From contig PKTH01000003.1 of NCBI GenBank assembly GCA_002869265.1, positions 8,190-72,189 on the forward strand: DNA of 64,000 nucleotides, given 5' to 3'. The notes under the pieces were generated by a model. The model saw only the letters and a program-made list of their open reading frames with translations, did not search any database and had not been told where the DNA came from. Origin of the DNA: Candidatus Parcubacteria bacterium. GTDB taxonomy: Bacteria; Patescibacteriota; Patescibacteriia; Patescibacteriales; BM507. Positions within the stretch are counted from its first letter, which is position 1. The number at the start of each line of letters is the position of its first letter. The position numbers and the translations under genes were made by a program. Shown in pieces: positions 1 through 9,974 of this stretch.

Positions 1-1
1 A

Positions 2-1144
2 TTTGTAGTGTCTGTCGCGGTGTACACTTATCCAGAAGAATTTAAAAGTTTAAAACTATCTTTTAGATCTTCTCCAAAGTATGCTCTAGGTTTAGCAGCT
101 ATTTTCTTAACAGTTTCTGCGGGAGTTGTTGTATTGTTTACAGTCGGACTTAAGATGTATATGGCTGATATTTATGCAACCAAAGCAGTGCAAGCTAAAA
201 CGCAAGAGCAAAGAATTCAATACTTAAATAAAGCAATTGCCATGAATGCAAGTGAAGATGAATATCATCTAAGTCTTGCAAACGCTTATATGGGTCTAGC
301 AAATAGAGGAGTAATATCGAACGCTAGTCCTGATGAAATCAGACTCAACCTATCAAATGCTATAGACGCTAGTAAAAAAGCTGCTGAGCTTTCTCCAAAT
401 AAAGCTAGAAATAATGAATCAGTCGCTCTGATATATGAAAATGCTTCTTTCTACACAAAAGGCGCGCTTGAGCTTGCTGATAACTACTACAATGAAGTAG
501 CAAGACTTGATCCACACAACCCAACACCATATCTCAGATTGGCTCTCGTTAACGTTGCTCGAGCAAATTCTGAAAACGATCAAGCTGAAAAGAATTATTA
601 TTACGAAGAAGCTCTCAAACAATACGATAAAGCTATTGCTCAAAAAGGAGACCTAGCTTCCGCGCATTATGGTAAAGCTGTGGTTTATGAGAAAATGAAT
701 CAAATAGATAATTCAATTGCTAATCTATCTAGCGCTAATTTATTTTCACCAAATAACATAGATTATAGATTTGAGCTCGGTAGACTTTACTTCAATAAAG
801 GAATTGCCACCCTAGGCCTTAAACAAACTCAATCAGCGCAAATCATTCAAAGTGAAGCAAATAATGAAGGAGAAGATGGGGCAACAGAGAATTTAGTAGT
901 TCAGCCAAATGTTAATACCTCAAAAGTAGAAAAAAATGATGACCTGGCAAGAGCAGAACAGATATTCTTAAGTATAGTGGCGGCAAACAAGAAACATGCT
1001 AATGCTTTGTATAGTTTAGCAATTCTTTATCAGAAGATTGATAATACTGAACTAGCTTCTCAAAGAGTTAAGGAATTATTATCAATCCTAAGTGAGGGTC
1101 AAACCAAAGAGGCTGTAAAAAATCAATTCAGAGGACTTTACTAG
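2..1144 (+). CDS. TPR-repeat membrane-associated protein (5' end lies outside the window)
   Basis: Frame is open to the window edge; one TM segment followed by TPR-like helices (e.g. AHYGKAVVYEKMNQIDNSI, ALYSLAILYQKI). Confidence 0.75.
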   Translation, partial: FVVSVAVYTYPEEFKSLKLSFRSSPKYALGLAAIFLTVSAGVVVLFTVGLKMYMADIYATKAVQAKTQEQRIQYLNKAIAMNASEDEYHLSLANAYMGLANRGVISNASPDEIRLNLSNAIDASKKAAELSPNKARNNESVALIYENASFYTKGALELADNYYNEVARLDPHNPTPYLRLALVNVARANSENDQAEKNYYYEEALKQYDKAIAQKGDLASAHYGKAVVYEKMNQIDNSIANLSSANLFSPNNIDYRFELGRLYFNKGIATLGLKQTQSAQIIQSEANNEGEDGATENLVVQPNVNTSKVEKNDDLARAEQIFLSIVAANKKHANALYSLAILYQKIDNTELASQRVKELLSILSEGQTKEAVKNQFRGLY

Positions 1145-1154
1145 ATTTAGATAT

Positions 1155-1189
1155 AAAAACAGCCTGTTTATTGACAGGCTGTTTTTTTT
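1155..1189. terminator. Intrinsic terminator, probably bidirectional
   Basis: AAAAACAGCCTGT-ttattg-ACAGGCTGTTTTT followed by T-run. Confidence 0.8.
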
Positions 1190-1206
1190 ATACCATTATA
1201 TAGAGA

Positions 1207-2286
1207 ATGAAGAAAACAAATAAAAAAATAATTGTTGCAATGTCTGGAGGGGTTGACTCTTCAGTGGTTGCTAGTCTTTTGTCTAAAGAATACACAGGTA
1301 TAATGGGTATTTTTTTGAATTTTTGGAAAGATAGTGATGAGAAGAGTGCAAATGAAAACAAGTGTTGTTCAATCAAGTCATTAATGGATGCAAGAACAAT
1401 CGCGAGTAAATTTGGTTTTAAGTTTTACACTCTTAATTTCTCAGAAAAGTTTAAGAAAGATATAGTAGATTACTTTTTAGAAGAGTACGAAAATGGTCGA
1501 ACTCCAAACCCTTGTGTTAAGTGTAATAAGTTTATTAAACTGGGATATTTAATTGAGAGGGCGAAAGAGCTTGGTTATAACTACGTAGCCAGCGGACATT
1601 ATGCCAGTATTAAAAAAGTCGGTTCTAAGTATAAATTATATAAAGCAAAAGATGAACTAAAAGACCAGTCATATTTTCTTTATACTCTAAATCAAAAACA
1701 GCTCAGTTACTTACTTTTCCCACTTGGGGAGTATAAAAAAACTGAGGTAAGGAAAATTGCTAAAAGTATGGGGCTTGAGGTTGCTACAAAGAGTGATAGT
1801 CAAGAAATCTGTTTCGTTGCCGGCAAGACTCATAATGATTTTTTAAAAAAACACCTAGAACTCGTTCCCGGAAAGATAAAAGATGTTTCAGGGAAGATAC
1901 TTGGTTCTCACTCAGGACTTCCTCTCTATACTCTAGGTCAGAGGAAGGGGATAGAGCTTGGTGGTAATGGTCCCTTTTACGTAGTTGAGCTGGATTACAA
2001 AACAAACACGCTTATAGTCTCAAACACTCATGATGATTTAAATATTTTAAAGGATGAGTTTATAATTGAAAATACTAACTGGATTTCTGGGCTTGAGCCA
2101 AAATTTCCTCTAAAAACCACTGTAGTAATAAGGTATCATCACAAACCTGTAGCATGTCTAGTAAATAAAATAAAAAATGATTTATTTGAGGTCAAACTAG
2201 ACTCTAGGCAACGAGCAGTTACTCCAGGTCAAAGTGCGGTTTTTTATGAAAATGATGAAGTACTTGGTGGTGGAATTATTAAATAA
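1207..2286 (+). CDS. mnmA: tRNA-specific 2-thiouridylase MnmA
   Basis: SGGVDS PP-loop, TPNPCVKCN, GHYA, KDQSYFL, GQRKG, TPGQSAVFY motifs. Confidence 0.97.
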   Translation: MKKTNKKIIVAMSGGVDSSVVASLLSKEYTGIMGIFLNFWKDSDEKSANENKCCSIKSLMDARTIASKFGFKFYTLNFSEKFKKDIVDYFLEEYENGRTPNPCVKCNKFIKLGYLIERAKELGYNYVASGHYASIKKVGSKYKLYKAKDELKDQSYFLYTLNQKQLSYLLFPLGEYKKTEVRKIAKSMGLEVATKSDSQEICFVAGKTHNDFLKKHLELVPGKIKDVSGKILGSHSGLPLYTLGQRKGIELGGNGPFYVVELDYKTNTLIVSNTHDDLNILKDEFIIENTNWISGLEPKFPLKTTVVIRYHHKPVACLVNKIKNDLFEVKLDSRQRAVTPGQSAVFYENDEVLGGGIIK

Positions 2287-2290
2287 AATT

Positions 2291-3313
2291 ATGAAACTAA
2301 AACTATTAATTTTTGTTCTACTTTTATCTACGCCCTATATCATTAATGCTCAAAGTATCAATGAAAAATTGTTTGGTAAAATACTTCTATCCGTTGAAGA
2401 AAACGGTGAAGCTTGGTATGTCAATCCAGAGAATAGTAGAAGATACTATCTAGGAAGGCCCTCAGATGCTTTTGAAATTATGCGAGAACTGTCACTGGGT
2501 ATTAGTAATGAGGATTTTGATAAATACTCAAATACACCCCCTGAAAGGTTCTCAGGTAGAATCCTATTGAAAGTAGAAGACTCTGGAAAAGCATATTATG
2601 TAAACCCAGATGACCTTGTTTTTCATTTTCTGGGAAGACCCAGTGATGCTTTCTGGGTAATGAGAAACCTAGGTCTTGGGATAACAAAAAACGATTTAGA
2701 TAATATTCAAATATACTCACCTACAGAAGTATTTAATAAAAACATTCAACACATCGTTGCTTTCACATCGCAAGCACCAGATGCAGATTGGGGAAGCTCA
2801 GTTTTTCAGGATGGTTGTGAAGAGGCGAGTGCTCTAATGGCTGTTTCTTGGGCTCTGGATGATTTATCCCAAATGCAAAATCCAAAAAATACAATAGTAA
2901 AAATTTCCGCTTGGGAATCAGAAAGGTTCGGAGAATTTAGGGATATTTCTGTTGAGGATACTACAACAATGATAAAAGAATATTTTTCTTACGATAAAAT
3001 AGAAATTCATGATCTTAAAAATGTCGAAGAACTGATAGCGCTTCTTCAAGAAGGGGTGGTGATTATGCCTGCTAACGGTCAATTACTAGGGAATGTGTAT
3101 TTTACACCACCAGGCCCAATAAATCACATGTTGCTCGTGACTGGCTATAATCAAGAGGAAGGGATTTTCACAACAAATGATCCCGGGACAAAAAGAGGAA
3201 AGGGGTATAGATACAAAAAGAATGTTTTATTCAATTCTATACGAGACTATCCAACTGGTTACCATCTCCCAAACCAAGACCCATCTAAAAAAGTAATTTT
3301 GGTAAAAAAATAA
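2291..3313 (+). CDS. Secreted protein: duplicated N-terminal module + C39-like cysteine peptidase domain
   Basis: Signal peptide from ATG 2291; two GxILLxVExxGxAxYVNP...LGRPxDAF repeats; C-terminal SQAP...GCEEAS...HMLLVTGY...NDP papain/C39-like signature. Confidence 0.75.
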   Translation: MKLKLLIFVLLLSTPYIINAQSINEKLFGKILLSVEENGEAWYVNPENSRRYYLGRPSDAFEIMRELSLGISNEDFDKYSNTPPERFSGRILLKVEDSGKAYYVNPDDLVFHFLGRPSDAFWVMRNLGLGITKNDLDNIQIYSPTEVFNKNIQHIVAFTSQAPDADWGSSVFQDGCEEASALMAVSWALDDLSQMQNPKNTIVKISAWESERFGEFRDISVEDTTTMIKEYFSYDKIEIHDLKNVEELIALLQEGVVIMPANGQLLGNVYFTPPGPINHMLLVTGYNQEEGIFTTNDPGTKRGKGYRYKKNVLFNSIRDYPTGYHLPNQDPSKKVILVKK

Positions 3314-3337
3314 TACCCACCTTTTGGTGGGTATTTT
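3312..3337. terminator. Bidirectional terminator between convergent genes
   Basis: AATACCCACC-tttt-GGTGGGTATT. Confidence 0.75.
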
Positions 3338-3340
3338 AAT

Positions 3341-4399
3341 TTATGATAATTCCATTCCGAGAGAATAGCCGTATCGAGCTAGCTCTAGTTTTACCTCATG
3401 CAAACAACTTTCTCCGAAATTTCGAATTCCGAACATCAATTCGGACTCTGTTTTTTTAACCAGATCTGCAACGGTGAGTATATTAGCTTTTCTTAGAGCA
3501 TTTTTTGCTCTCCTAGAGATAAGTATTCCTTCGACTTTCCATGAAAGAACATAGCAGCTTTCTTTTTTAAAATAATGATTTGCCCCTTGAAATTCATCCA
3601 CTTGCAGAATTGTCCAAAGATGTTTCAAGCTTTCTCTGGTAGAGTCAGTATTTATCTTTTCAATAATATCTTCATATTTCTGTTGAATAGCTTGGTAAGC
3701 AAGTTTTTTTATTCGAGCAATTTCTCTAAAAGACATGCTCTCTTGGTTTATCCCATGATACATTTCCAAGAGTTCGATTTCTTTGGAATTGAGAATAATA
3801 CTTAAGATTTCATCTATCTGTTCCGAAGCATTGCTGGGCCAAATTGGTGAAAGGATTTTTCTATTAGAACTGACTAAATACTTCGAAGAAGCATCCATGA
3901 ACTCATCGTGATTTCTAGGAATTGCTTGGGCTATATCGGTACGACATCTAAAAAATGACATCAGATACGCTTCAAAATCATTTTCTATTGATTTTTTAGG
4001 AAAAATTGCAGACAGTAGACCTAGGTAACCTTGGCTATTAGTACCAAAATCAGGTTCAATAAGATTTTTTAAAAGTTTGCTCTTTGACACAAAATCTTTT
4101 TCAATAATATCAAGTTCAAGCCATTTTTTCAGAGCTAAAACCTCTGGTTTGCTTAAATTATCCAGAAATAGATTCTTTATGTATTTGCGTAGAGCTAAAG
4201 GAAAAACATTCCTGGATAGCTTGCTTGGTTTTTCAGAATCAGCTAAGTTTAACCGAGAAACATATTTACTAACTGTTCGAACGTTTATTTTTAAATGCTT
4301 TGATATCCATGTGCCCTTTATCCCAAGAGTCGCTAAAAATTGAATCAATTTTATATTATTCTCTGAAAGATTTTGACCTTTTTTCATCATTGCCTCCAT
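3341..4399 (-). CDS. HTH + sigma70 region-4-like + RNA polymerase alpha-CTD-like multidomain protein (likely start 4387)
   Basis: C-terminus ISRRAKNALRKANILTVADLVKKTESELMFGIRNFGESCLHEVKLELARYGYSLGM has the alpha-CTD pattern; LNSKEIELLEMYHGINQESMSFREIAR resembles sigma region 4; N-terminal ISKHLKINVRTVSKY HTH; GGAGG lies 5 nt before ATG 4387. Confidence 0.75.
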   Translation of the reverse strand: MEAMMKKGQNLSENNIKLIQFLATLGIKGTWISKHLKINVRTVSKYVSRLNLADSEKPSKLSRNVFPLALRKYIKNLFLDNLSKPEVLALKKWLELDIIEKDFVSKSKLLKNLIEPDFGTNSQGYLGLLSAIFPKKSIENDFEAYLMSFFRCRTDIAQAIPRNHDEFMDASSKYLVSSNRKILSPIWPSNASEQIDEILSIILNSKEIELLEMYHGINQESMSFREIARIKKLAYQAIQQKYEDIIEKINTDSTRESLKHLWTILQVDEFQGANHYFKKESCYVLSWKVEGILISRRAKNALRKANILTVADLVKKTESELMFGIRNFGESCLHEVKLELARYGYSLGMELS

Positions 4400-4664
4400 T
4401 TGGTGAATGTATTATTTTAATGTTCAAGAGACTAGATTATCAATAGCAATAAAGATTGTCAAATATATTCTGCACAAGAAAGACAACAGAATTTTATTTG
4501 ACAAAAATATGCAATTATTATAATATTAGTGCTAATAAACTCAATTGCAGAGTTTATTAATTTATTTATAAAAAACTAATTAAATCACAAATCACTCATA
4601 CTCTTAAAAAATTTCCTTCCCTAATATTAGGGACAAAAGAGTAGAGGATTAAAGGAAAAACAAT

Positions 4665-5357
4665 ATGGTTAAAATTCCTACAGTAGAGGAGATGCTTAAG
4701 GCAGGAATGCATTTTGGGCATCGAACAAGCAAATGGCATCCAAAGATGGAGCCTTTTATTTTTGGCGCAAGAAATGGCGTCCACATTATTGACCTAATTA
4801 AATCTAGATCTTATCTTGAAAAAGCTCTTGAATACATGAAACAAGCAGCTTCTGAAGATAAGGTTATTTTATTTGTTGGGACAAAATCACAAGTTAAAAA
4901 ATCAATGAAAGAAATGGCTCTAGAACTTGAAATGCCATACATTACAGAAAAATGGATGGGTGGTCTATTGACTAACTTTCCGGTTGTAAGAAAACTTATT
5001 AAAAAATACAAAGACTTAAATACAGAAAAAGCTAGTGGTAAATTAGCTAAATACACCAAGAAAGAGCAACTTAACTTTGACAGAGAGATTGCAAAATTAG
5101 AAACCAAGGTGGGTGGTCTTGTTAATATGACAAAACTTCCTGACTTAATTTTTGTTTGGGACATTAGAGAAGAGAAAAACGCTGTTCTTGAAGCCAAGAA
5201 GAAAAATATTCCAGTAGTTGCAATTTGCGATTCAAACGTAAATCCAAGTGACGTCAACTACATCATTCCTTCAAATGACGATGCAACTAAGACAATTAAA
5301 TTAATGCTTAGTGTTATAAAGGATGCTGTCTCTGAAGGTAAAAAGGCTAAAAAATAA
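4665..5357 (+). CDS. rpsB: 30S ribosomal protein S2
   Basis: MLKAGMHFGH, WHPKM, ILFVGTK, PSNDDA motifs. Confidence 0.98.
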   Translation: MVKIPTVEEMLKAGMHFGHRTSKWHPKMEPFIFGARNGVHIIDLIKSRSYLEKALEYMKQAASEDKVILFVGTKSQVKKSMKEMALELEMPYITEKWMGGLLTNFPVVRKLIKKYKDLNTEKASGKLAKYTKKEQLNFDREIAKLETKVGGLVNMTKLPDLIFVWDIREEKNAVLEAKKKNIPVVAICDSNVNPSDVNYIIPSNDDATKTIKLMLSVIKDAVSEGKKAKK

Positions 5358-5403
5358 CATATAATTATTTAATTTGATTTTATAAAATAAACTAGGTAAA
5401 AGT

Positions 5404-6201
5404 ATGGAAAAAATAAAAGAATTAAGAGATAAAACTGGCGCAGGGATTGTTGATTGCAAGAAGGCTCTTGAAGAGTCTGGGGGAGATATTGAAAAAGCCG
5501 TTGAAATACTTAGAAAAAAAGGAATCTCAAAGGCAGCCAAGAGAAGTGAGAGAGAAACCTCTGAGGGTGTTGTTAAATTTGCAGTTAACGACACAAATAC
5601 AGAAGGGTACATGGTTAAAATTGGCTCAGAAACAGATTTTGTTGCCAGAAATGAAAAGTTTCAAAGCTTTGGAGACGATGTTCTAAAGGTTATCGCAGAA
5701 AACACCCCTGAGAGCCTGGATGATTTGTTTGCTTTAAAAATGAAGGAGCTTACAGTAAAAGACACTCTAGATACAATGAGCGGCGTTATAGGTGAAAAAC
5801 TAGAAATAGTTGACTTTAAAGTTTTGAAGTCTAGTGGCTCAGTTGAGGGTTACTCTCATATGGACGGAAGAATTTGTGTTTTAGTATCTCTAGACAAGTC
5901 AGGGGAGACTGAATTAGCAAGAGATATTGCAATGCATATCGCAGCAAGTGATCCTAAATACATGAGCCCCGAAGAAGTCCCAGCTGAAGAACTGGAGAAA
6001 GAAAAGGGAGTATATAGAGAGCAGTTATTAAAGGAAGGTAAGCCGGAAGCGATGTTAGATAAAATTATCGAAGGGAAAATTAATAAATACTACGAAGAAG
6101 TTTGTCTTCTGAAACAAGAATTTATTAAAGACGACAAAAAGAAAGTCGAACAAATTTTAGGTGATGCTAAAATCGAGAAATTTACTAGACTTGCTCTATA
6201 A
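5404..6201 (+). CDS. tsf: Elongation factor Ts
   Basis: LRDKTGAGIVDCKKAL, ETDFVARN, IAMHIAA; follows rpsB. Confidence 0.98.
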   Translation: MEKIKELRDKTGAGIVDCKKALEESGGDIEKAVEILRKKGISKAAKRSERETSEGVVKFAVNDTNTEGYMVKIGSETDFVARNEKFQSFGDDVLKVIAENTPESLDDLFALKMKELTVKDTLDTMSGVIGEKLEIVDFKVLKSSGSVEGYSHMDGRICVLVSLDKSGETELARDIAMHIAASDPKYMSPEEVPAEELEKEKGVYREQLLKEGKPEAMLDKIIEGKINKYYEEVCLLKQEFIKDDKKKVEQILGDAKIEKFTRLAL

Positions 6202-7064
6202 TGCAAAAAATAAAAGTACAAATATCACAATGGGATAGAGATGGTTTATTTGATTGTGATGATATTGAACTAAAGTTAGGAGACAAGGTACTTGTTTCAA
6301 TTGATGACGAGAGAGAAGTGGGTACAGTGATAGATTTTCTTGATAGAGAAATAAGGGAAAACACTGTTACAGCTAATTCACAAGATGATCAAGAGCTTAC
6401 CAAAATTCAACACAATGAAGCTCAAGAGAGGGTAATAGTTAGGAGAGCAGAGCCTGAGGATCTGTCTAGACTTCCAGATGCTCACACCAAACAAGCTATG
6501 CTTGGTAGATGTAAACAGCTTATCTCTGAACATGAGCTTCCTATGAAGCTGGTCGATGTTCATATTTCACTTGATAATTCGAAAGCTACTTTTGCCTTCA
6601 TTGCAGATGGCCGTGTTGATTTTCGAAATCTAGTTCGTGATCTGACAAGAACCTTCAATAAAACTATTAGGCTCCAACAGCTTGGTATTCGAGATGAGGC
6701 AAGGATTGCTGGTGATGTCGGCCATTGCGGCAGAAATCTTTGTTGTAAAACACATCTTACTGAGCTAGTTTCAATAACCTCAGAAATGGCCGAAGTTCAA
6801 CAATGTGCCCATAGAGGCTCTGATAGAATATCAGGAATTTGTGGTAGATTAATGTGTTGTCTTTCTTATGAAGAACTTGGTTACAAAGAGCTAGATAAGA
6901 AAATGCCAAAGATTGGAACAAAAGTAAGTGTAGATGGTAAAAAGGGTGTAATCATCTCTCAACATCATCTAAAAGAATCGGTTGATGTTGAATTCAAGAA
7001 CAAAGACGGCTCCACTTCTCGTGTTGAAGTTGATCTCAATAGACATAAAAATAAGAAAAAATAG
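6201..7064 (+). CDS. ricT: PSP1 C-terminal domain protein (RicT/YaaT-like)
   Basis: ADGRVDFRNLVRDL, GHCGRNLCC, ISGICGRLMCCLSYE motifs; TAATG overlap with tsf. Confidence 0.85.
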   Translation: MQKIKVQISQWDRDGLFDCDDIELKLGDKVLVSIDDEREVGTVIDFLDREIRENTVTANSQDDQELTKIQHNEAQERVIVRRAEPEDLSRLPDAHTKQAMLGRCKQLISEHELPMKLVDVHISLDNSKATFAFIADGRVDFRNLVRDLTRTFNKTIRLQQLGIRDEARIAGDVGHCGRNLCCKTHLTELVSITSEMAEVQQCAHRGSDRISGICGRLMCCLSYEELGYKELDKKMPKIGTKVSVDGKKGVIISQHHLKESVDVEFKNKDGSTSRVEVDLNRHKNKKK

Positions 7065-7066
7065 GA

Positions 7067-7107
7067 AATTAAAAAACAGATATCCGAAAGATATCTGTTT
7101 TTTAATT
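7067..7107. terminator. Intrinsic terminator of rpsB-tsf-ricT
   Basis: 18-bp perfect inverted repeat AATTAAAAAACAGATATC-cgaaa-GATATCTGTTTTTTAATT. Confidence 0.8.
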
Positions 7108-7154
7108 GAAATTATTATGTTATAATATTTATATTAATAATAATTATATTTAAA

Positions 7155-8165
7155 ATGAATATCGCAATTAATGGTTTCGGCAGAATTGGCCGGGCAGTCT
7201 TTAAAGCAATTATTGAAAACAAAGTCAAGGTTAATATTGTTGCTATTAATGATCTAACTGACACTAAAACACTAGCTCATTTACTACAGTATGACAGTGC
7301 CTATGGTAGATACACAAAAGAAGTCACCTATACTAAGGATGCGTTAGTAGTTGCTGGTAAAAAATACCCTGTTTACGCTGAGAGAAATCCTGAAGATTTA
7401 CCTTGGGAAGAAAAAAAGGTGGAAATTGTTATGGAATGTACCGGGCTCTTTAGAACAAAAGAAAGCGCTGCAGCGCATATTAAAGCTGGCGCTAAGAAGG
7501 TTATAATTTCTGCCCCTGCCAAGGATGATAAAGTAAAAACCTTTGTTATGGGTGTTAATGAAGCTAAATTAAAGAAAACAGACAACATTATTTCAAACGC
7601 CTCTTGTACAACAAACTGTTTAGCCCCCGTGACAGACGTTATTCGGCAAAACTTTGGTATTAAAAATGCCATGATGACAACTATCCACTCATACACTGCT
7701 GACCAAAACATAGTTGACGGACCACACAAAGACTTAAGAAGAGCCAGGGCCGCGGCCGTAAACATAGTTCCCACAACTACAGGAGCGGCTATAGCAACAA
7801 CCAATGTAATTCCTCAATTAAAAGGAAAATTTGACGGTATGGCTGTTAGAGTTCCTACTCCAGTTGGCTCCCTTTGTGATGTGACTTTTATTACTAACAA
7901 GAAGGTAACTGAAGAATTGGTAAACTCTACTCTAAAAAAAACTTCTAGACTATCTAAATATAAACACATCATTGAGGTTGATGAAGGTCATCTGGTATCT
8001 TCTGATATAGTTGGAAACCCATCAAGTTCAATAGTTGACGCTGGCTGCACAAAAGTCTCGGGGGATAATCTTCTTAAGCTTATTGTTTGGTATGACAACG
8101 AATGGGGTTATTCTAATAGGATGATTGATTTAATGGAATACATCATTAAAAAGAAGTTTGTATAA
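7155..8165 (+). CDS. gap: Glyceraldehyde-3-phosphate dehydrogenase type I
   Basis: INGFGRIGR, NASCTTNC, WYDNEWGYSNR. Confidence 0.98.
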   Translation: MNIAINGFGRIGRAVFKAIIENKVKVNIVAINDLTDTKTLAHLLQYDSAYGRYTKEVTYTKDALVVAGKKYPVYAERNPEDLPWEEKKVEIVMECTGLFRTKESAAAHIKAGAKKVIISAPAKDDKVKTFVMGVNEAKLKKTDNIISNASCTTNCLAPVTDVIRQNFGIKNAMMTTIHSYTADQNIVDGPHKDLRRARAAAVNIVPTTTGAAIATTNVIPQLKGKFDGMAVRVPTPVGSLCDVTFITNKKVTEELVNSTLKKTSRLSKYKHIIEVDEGHLVSSDIVGNPSSSIVDAGCTKVSGDNLLKLIVWYDNEWGYSNRMIDLMEYIIKKKFV

Positions 8166-9187
8166 TGACAAAACTTTTAGATAAAATAAAAAAAGCAGAA
8201 CTAAGAGGAAAGGGGGGAGCTTCTTACCCGGTATATTTAAAGTGGGAAAAAGTGGCTAAGGCCAGATCTAGAAAAAAGTTTGTAATTTGCAATGCTTCAG
8301 AGGGAGAGCCTGATGTAATGAAAGATGAATACATTATTGAGCATCATCCAGAAAAACTTATCGAAGGTATGAAGCTGTGTATGAAAGAAGTGTCTTCTGA
8401 CAAAGCTTTTTTATTTATAAATCAAGATTACTATAAAAAATACTCCAAAAGATTAAAAGGTTTAATAAGGGATGATAATATTGAATTGTTTAAAAAACCT
8501 CATCCAGCCGGTTATATTGCCGGAGAAGAATCCTCTCTAATAAACACAATAGCAGGTGAGAGAGCAGAGCCAGAGCTAAAACCGCCATTCCCGAGCACAA
8601 AAGGCTTATACGGCGCACCAACAATAGTAAATAATGTAGAGACTTTTTATGACGTTAGTCTTCTAAACTCTAATCAATTTAACAATACACGTCTATATTC
8701 AATCACAGGCGACTGCGTTTGGTCAGGTGTTTATGAATTTGCTGACGATGAGACAATTGAAGATATTCTAAAAAACACAAACAACTATCCAAGTTTTGAG
8801 TTTTTTGTACAAATTGGTGGAGGAGCTTGTGGTGAAGTTTTGAATTCAGACCAATTAAACAGGCCCGTTACCGGATCTGGCTCTATTACTATTTATTCTA
8901 AATCTAAACACAAGCCAGTTTCAGTCTTAAAAAATTGGATTGATTTTTTCATGAATGAGTCATGTGGTAAGTGTACTCCTTGCAGAGAAGGAACCTATCG
9001 TCTTCATGAGATACTTAAAGACAAGCAGCCTGACTGGTATATGTTTTTTGCTATATTGGCCGATCTTCCCGAAACTTCTTTTTGCGCTCTTGGTAAATCA
9101 GTTTCAATCCCAGTTATATCATATTTTCAAAATGTCCTAAAAGATGATACAAAATTTTCCAGTATTTATAACATCAACAAACAATAA
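8165..9187 (+). CDS. NuoF/HydB-like FMN/NADH-binding diaphorase subunit (minimal form)
   Basis: LRGKGGASYP, CNASEGEP, YIAGEESSL, PPFP, NNVET, and ESCGKCTPCREG...C [4Fe-4S] motif; no extra ferredoxin domains. Confidence 0.9.
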   Translation: MTKLLDKIKKAELRGKGGASYPVYLKWEKVAKARSRKKFVICNASEGEPDVMKDEYIIEHHPEKLIEGMKLCMKEVSSDKAFLFINQDYYKKYSKRLKGLIRDDNIELFKKPHPAGYIAGEESSLINTIAGERAEPELKPPFPSTKGLYGAPTIVNNVETFYDVSLLNSNQFNNTRLYSITGDCVWSGVYEFADDETIEDILKNTNNYPSFEFFVQIGGGACGEVLNSDQLNRPVTGSGSITIYSKSKHKPVSVLKNWIDFFMNESCGKCTPCREGTYRLHEILKDKQPDWYMFFAILADLPETSFCALGKSVSIPVISYFQNVLKDDTKFSSIYNINKQ

Positions 9188-9188
9188 T

Positions 9189-9974
9189 ATGGGAAACTTG
9201 AATGACCAAAAAAATAAAAAAATTCCCTTAAAAGATTTTCAAGTTCTTTTAAAAGAAGCTTGGGATATTTATTATCCGAAATTTCTAAAGATTATCGGCT
9301 TGCAACTCTTACCATTGATTCCTTTAGCCCTATTTTCTAGTCTAGTTCTTTTCCTGGGAATTAGTATGTTTTCTAATCTTTTTTCTAAGAGTGACTTTGC
9401 TCAAGACTTAATTTATTTTGGCTTATTAGTTTTTATTTTGTTTTTAGTTCTTATTTATTTTATGTCTGTTTTTATAACCGCAATATATATAATACTTCAA
9501 GATAGTGAAGGGAAAGTTACTTTAAGCCAGGCAATAAGAAAATCTTTTAAACACGCCCTGCCTTTTTTCTGGGTATATTTCCTTTCAGGTCTTGCTATGT
9601 TTTTTGGTTTAATCCTTTTTATAATCCCAGGAATTTTGATTGCCGTCCTTTTTTCTTTTTCAAAATGGGCTTACGTGCTTGAGGGTTTTCGAGGGACAAA
9701 AGCCTTAAAAAGAAGCAAGGAGCTCATTGATGGTTATTTTGGAGATGTTTTAGGTCGGTACTTAGTTATTGCTATTCCATATGTTCTTTTCCCTTCCATG
9801 GTCGGAATACTTACCAGTAATTCATCTTCTATTAATAGTTTATTTTTCGCTGGCCCCTTAATTCTAGTTTTCCAGATATTCAATTTTCTATTACCGCCAT
9901 TCATTTTTACATATATCCTAGTTATATATAGAGACCTCTATCGAATAAAAGGTCAATCTACTATCCAAAAATAA
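9189..9974 (+). CDS. Multi-pass membrane protein of unknown function
   Basis: About 5-6 hydrophobic segments; LFIIPGI...ALKRSKELIDG pattern; ATG 2 nt after the upstream stop. Confidence 0.7.
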   Translation: MGNLNDQKNKKIPLKDFQVLLKEAWDIYYPKFLKIIGLQLLPLIPLALFSSLVLFLGISMFSNLFSKSDFAQDLIYFGLLVFILFLVLIYFMSVFITAIYIILQDSEGKVTLSQAIRKSFKHALPFFWVYFLSGLAMFFGLILFIIPGILIAVLFSFSKWAYVLEGFRGTKALKRSKELIDGYFGDVLGRYLVIAIPYVLFPSMVGILTSNSSSINSLFFAGPLILVFQIFNFLLPPFIFTYILVIYRDLYRIKGQSTIQK

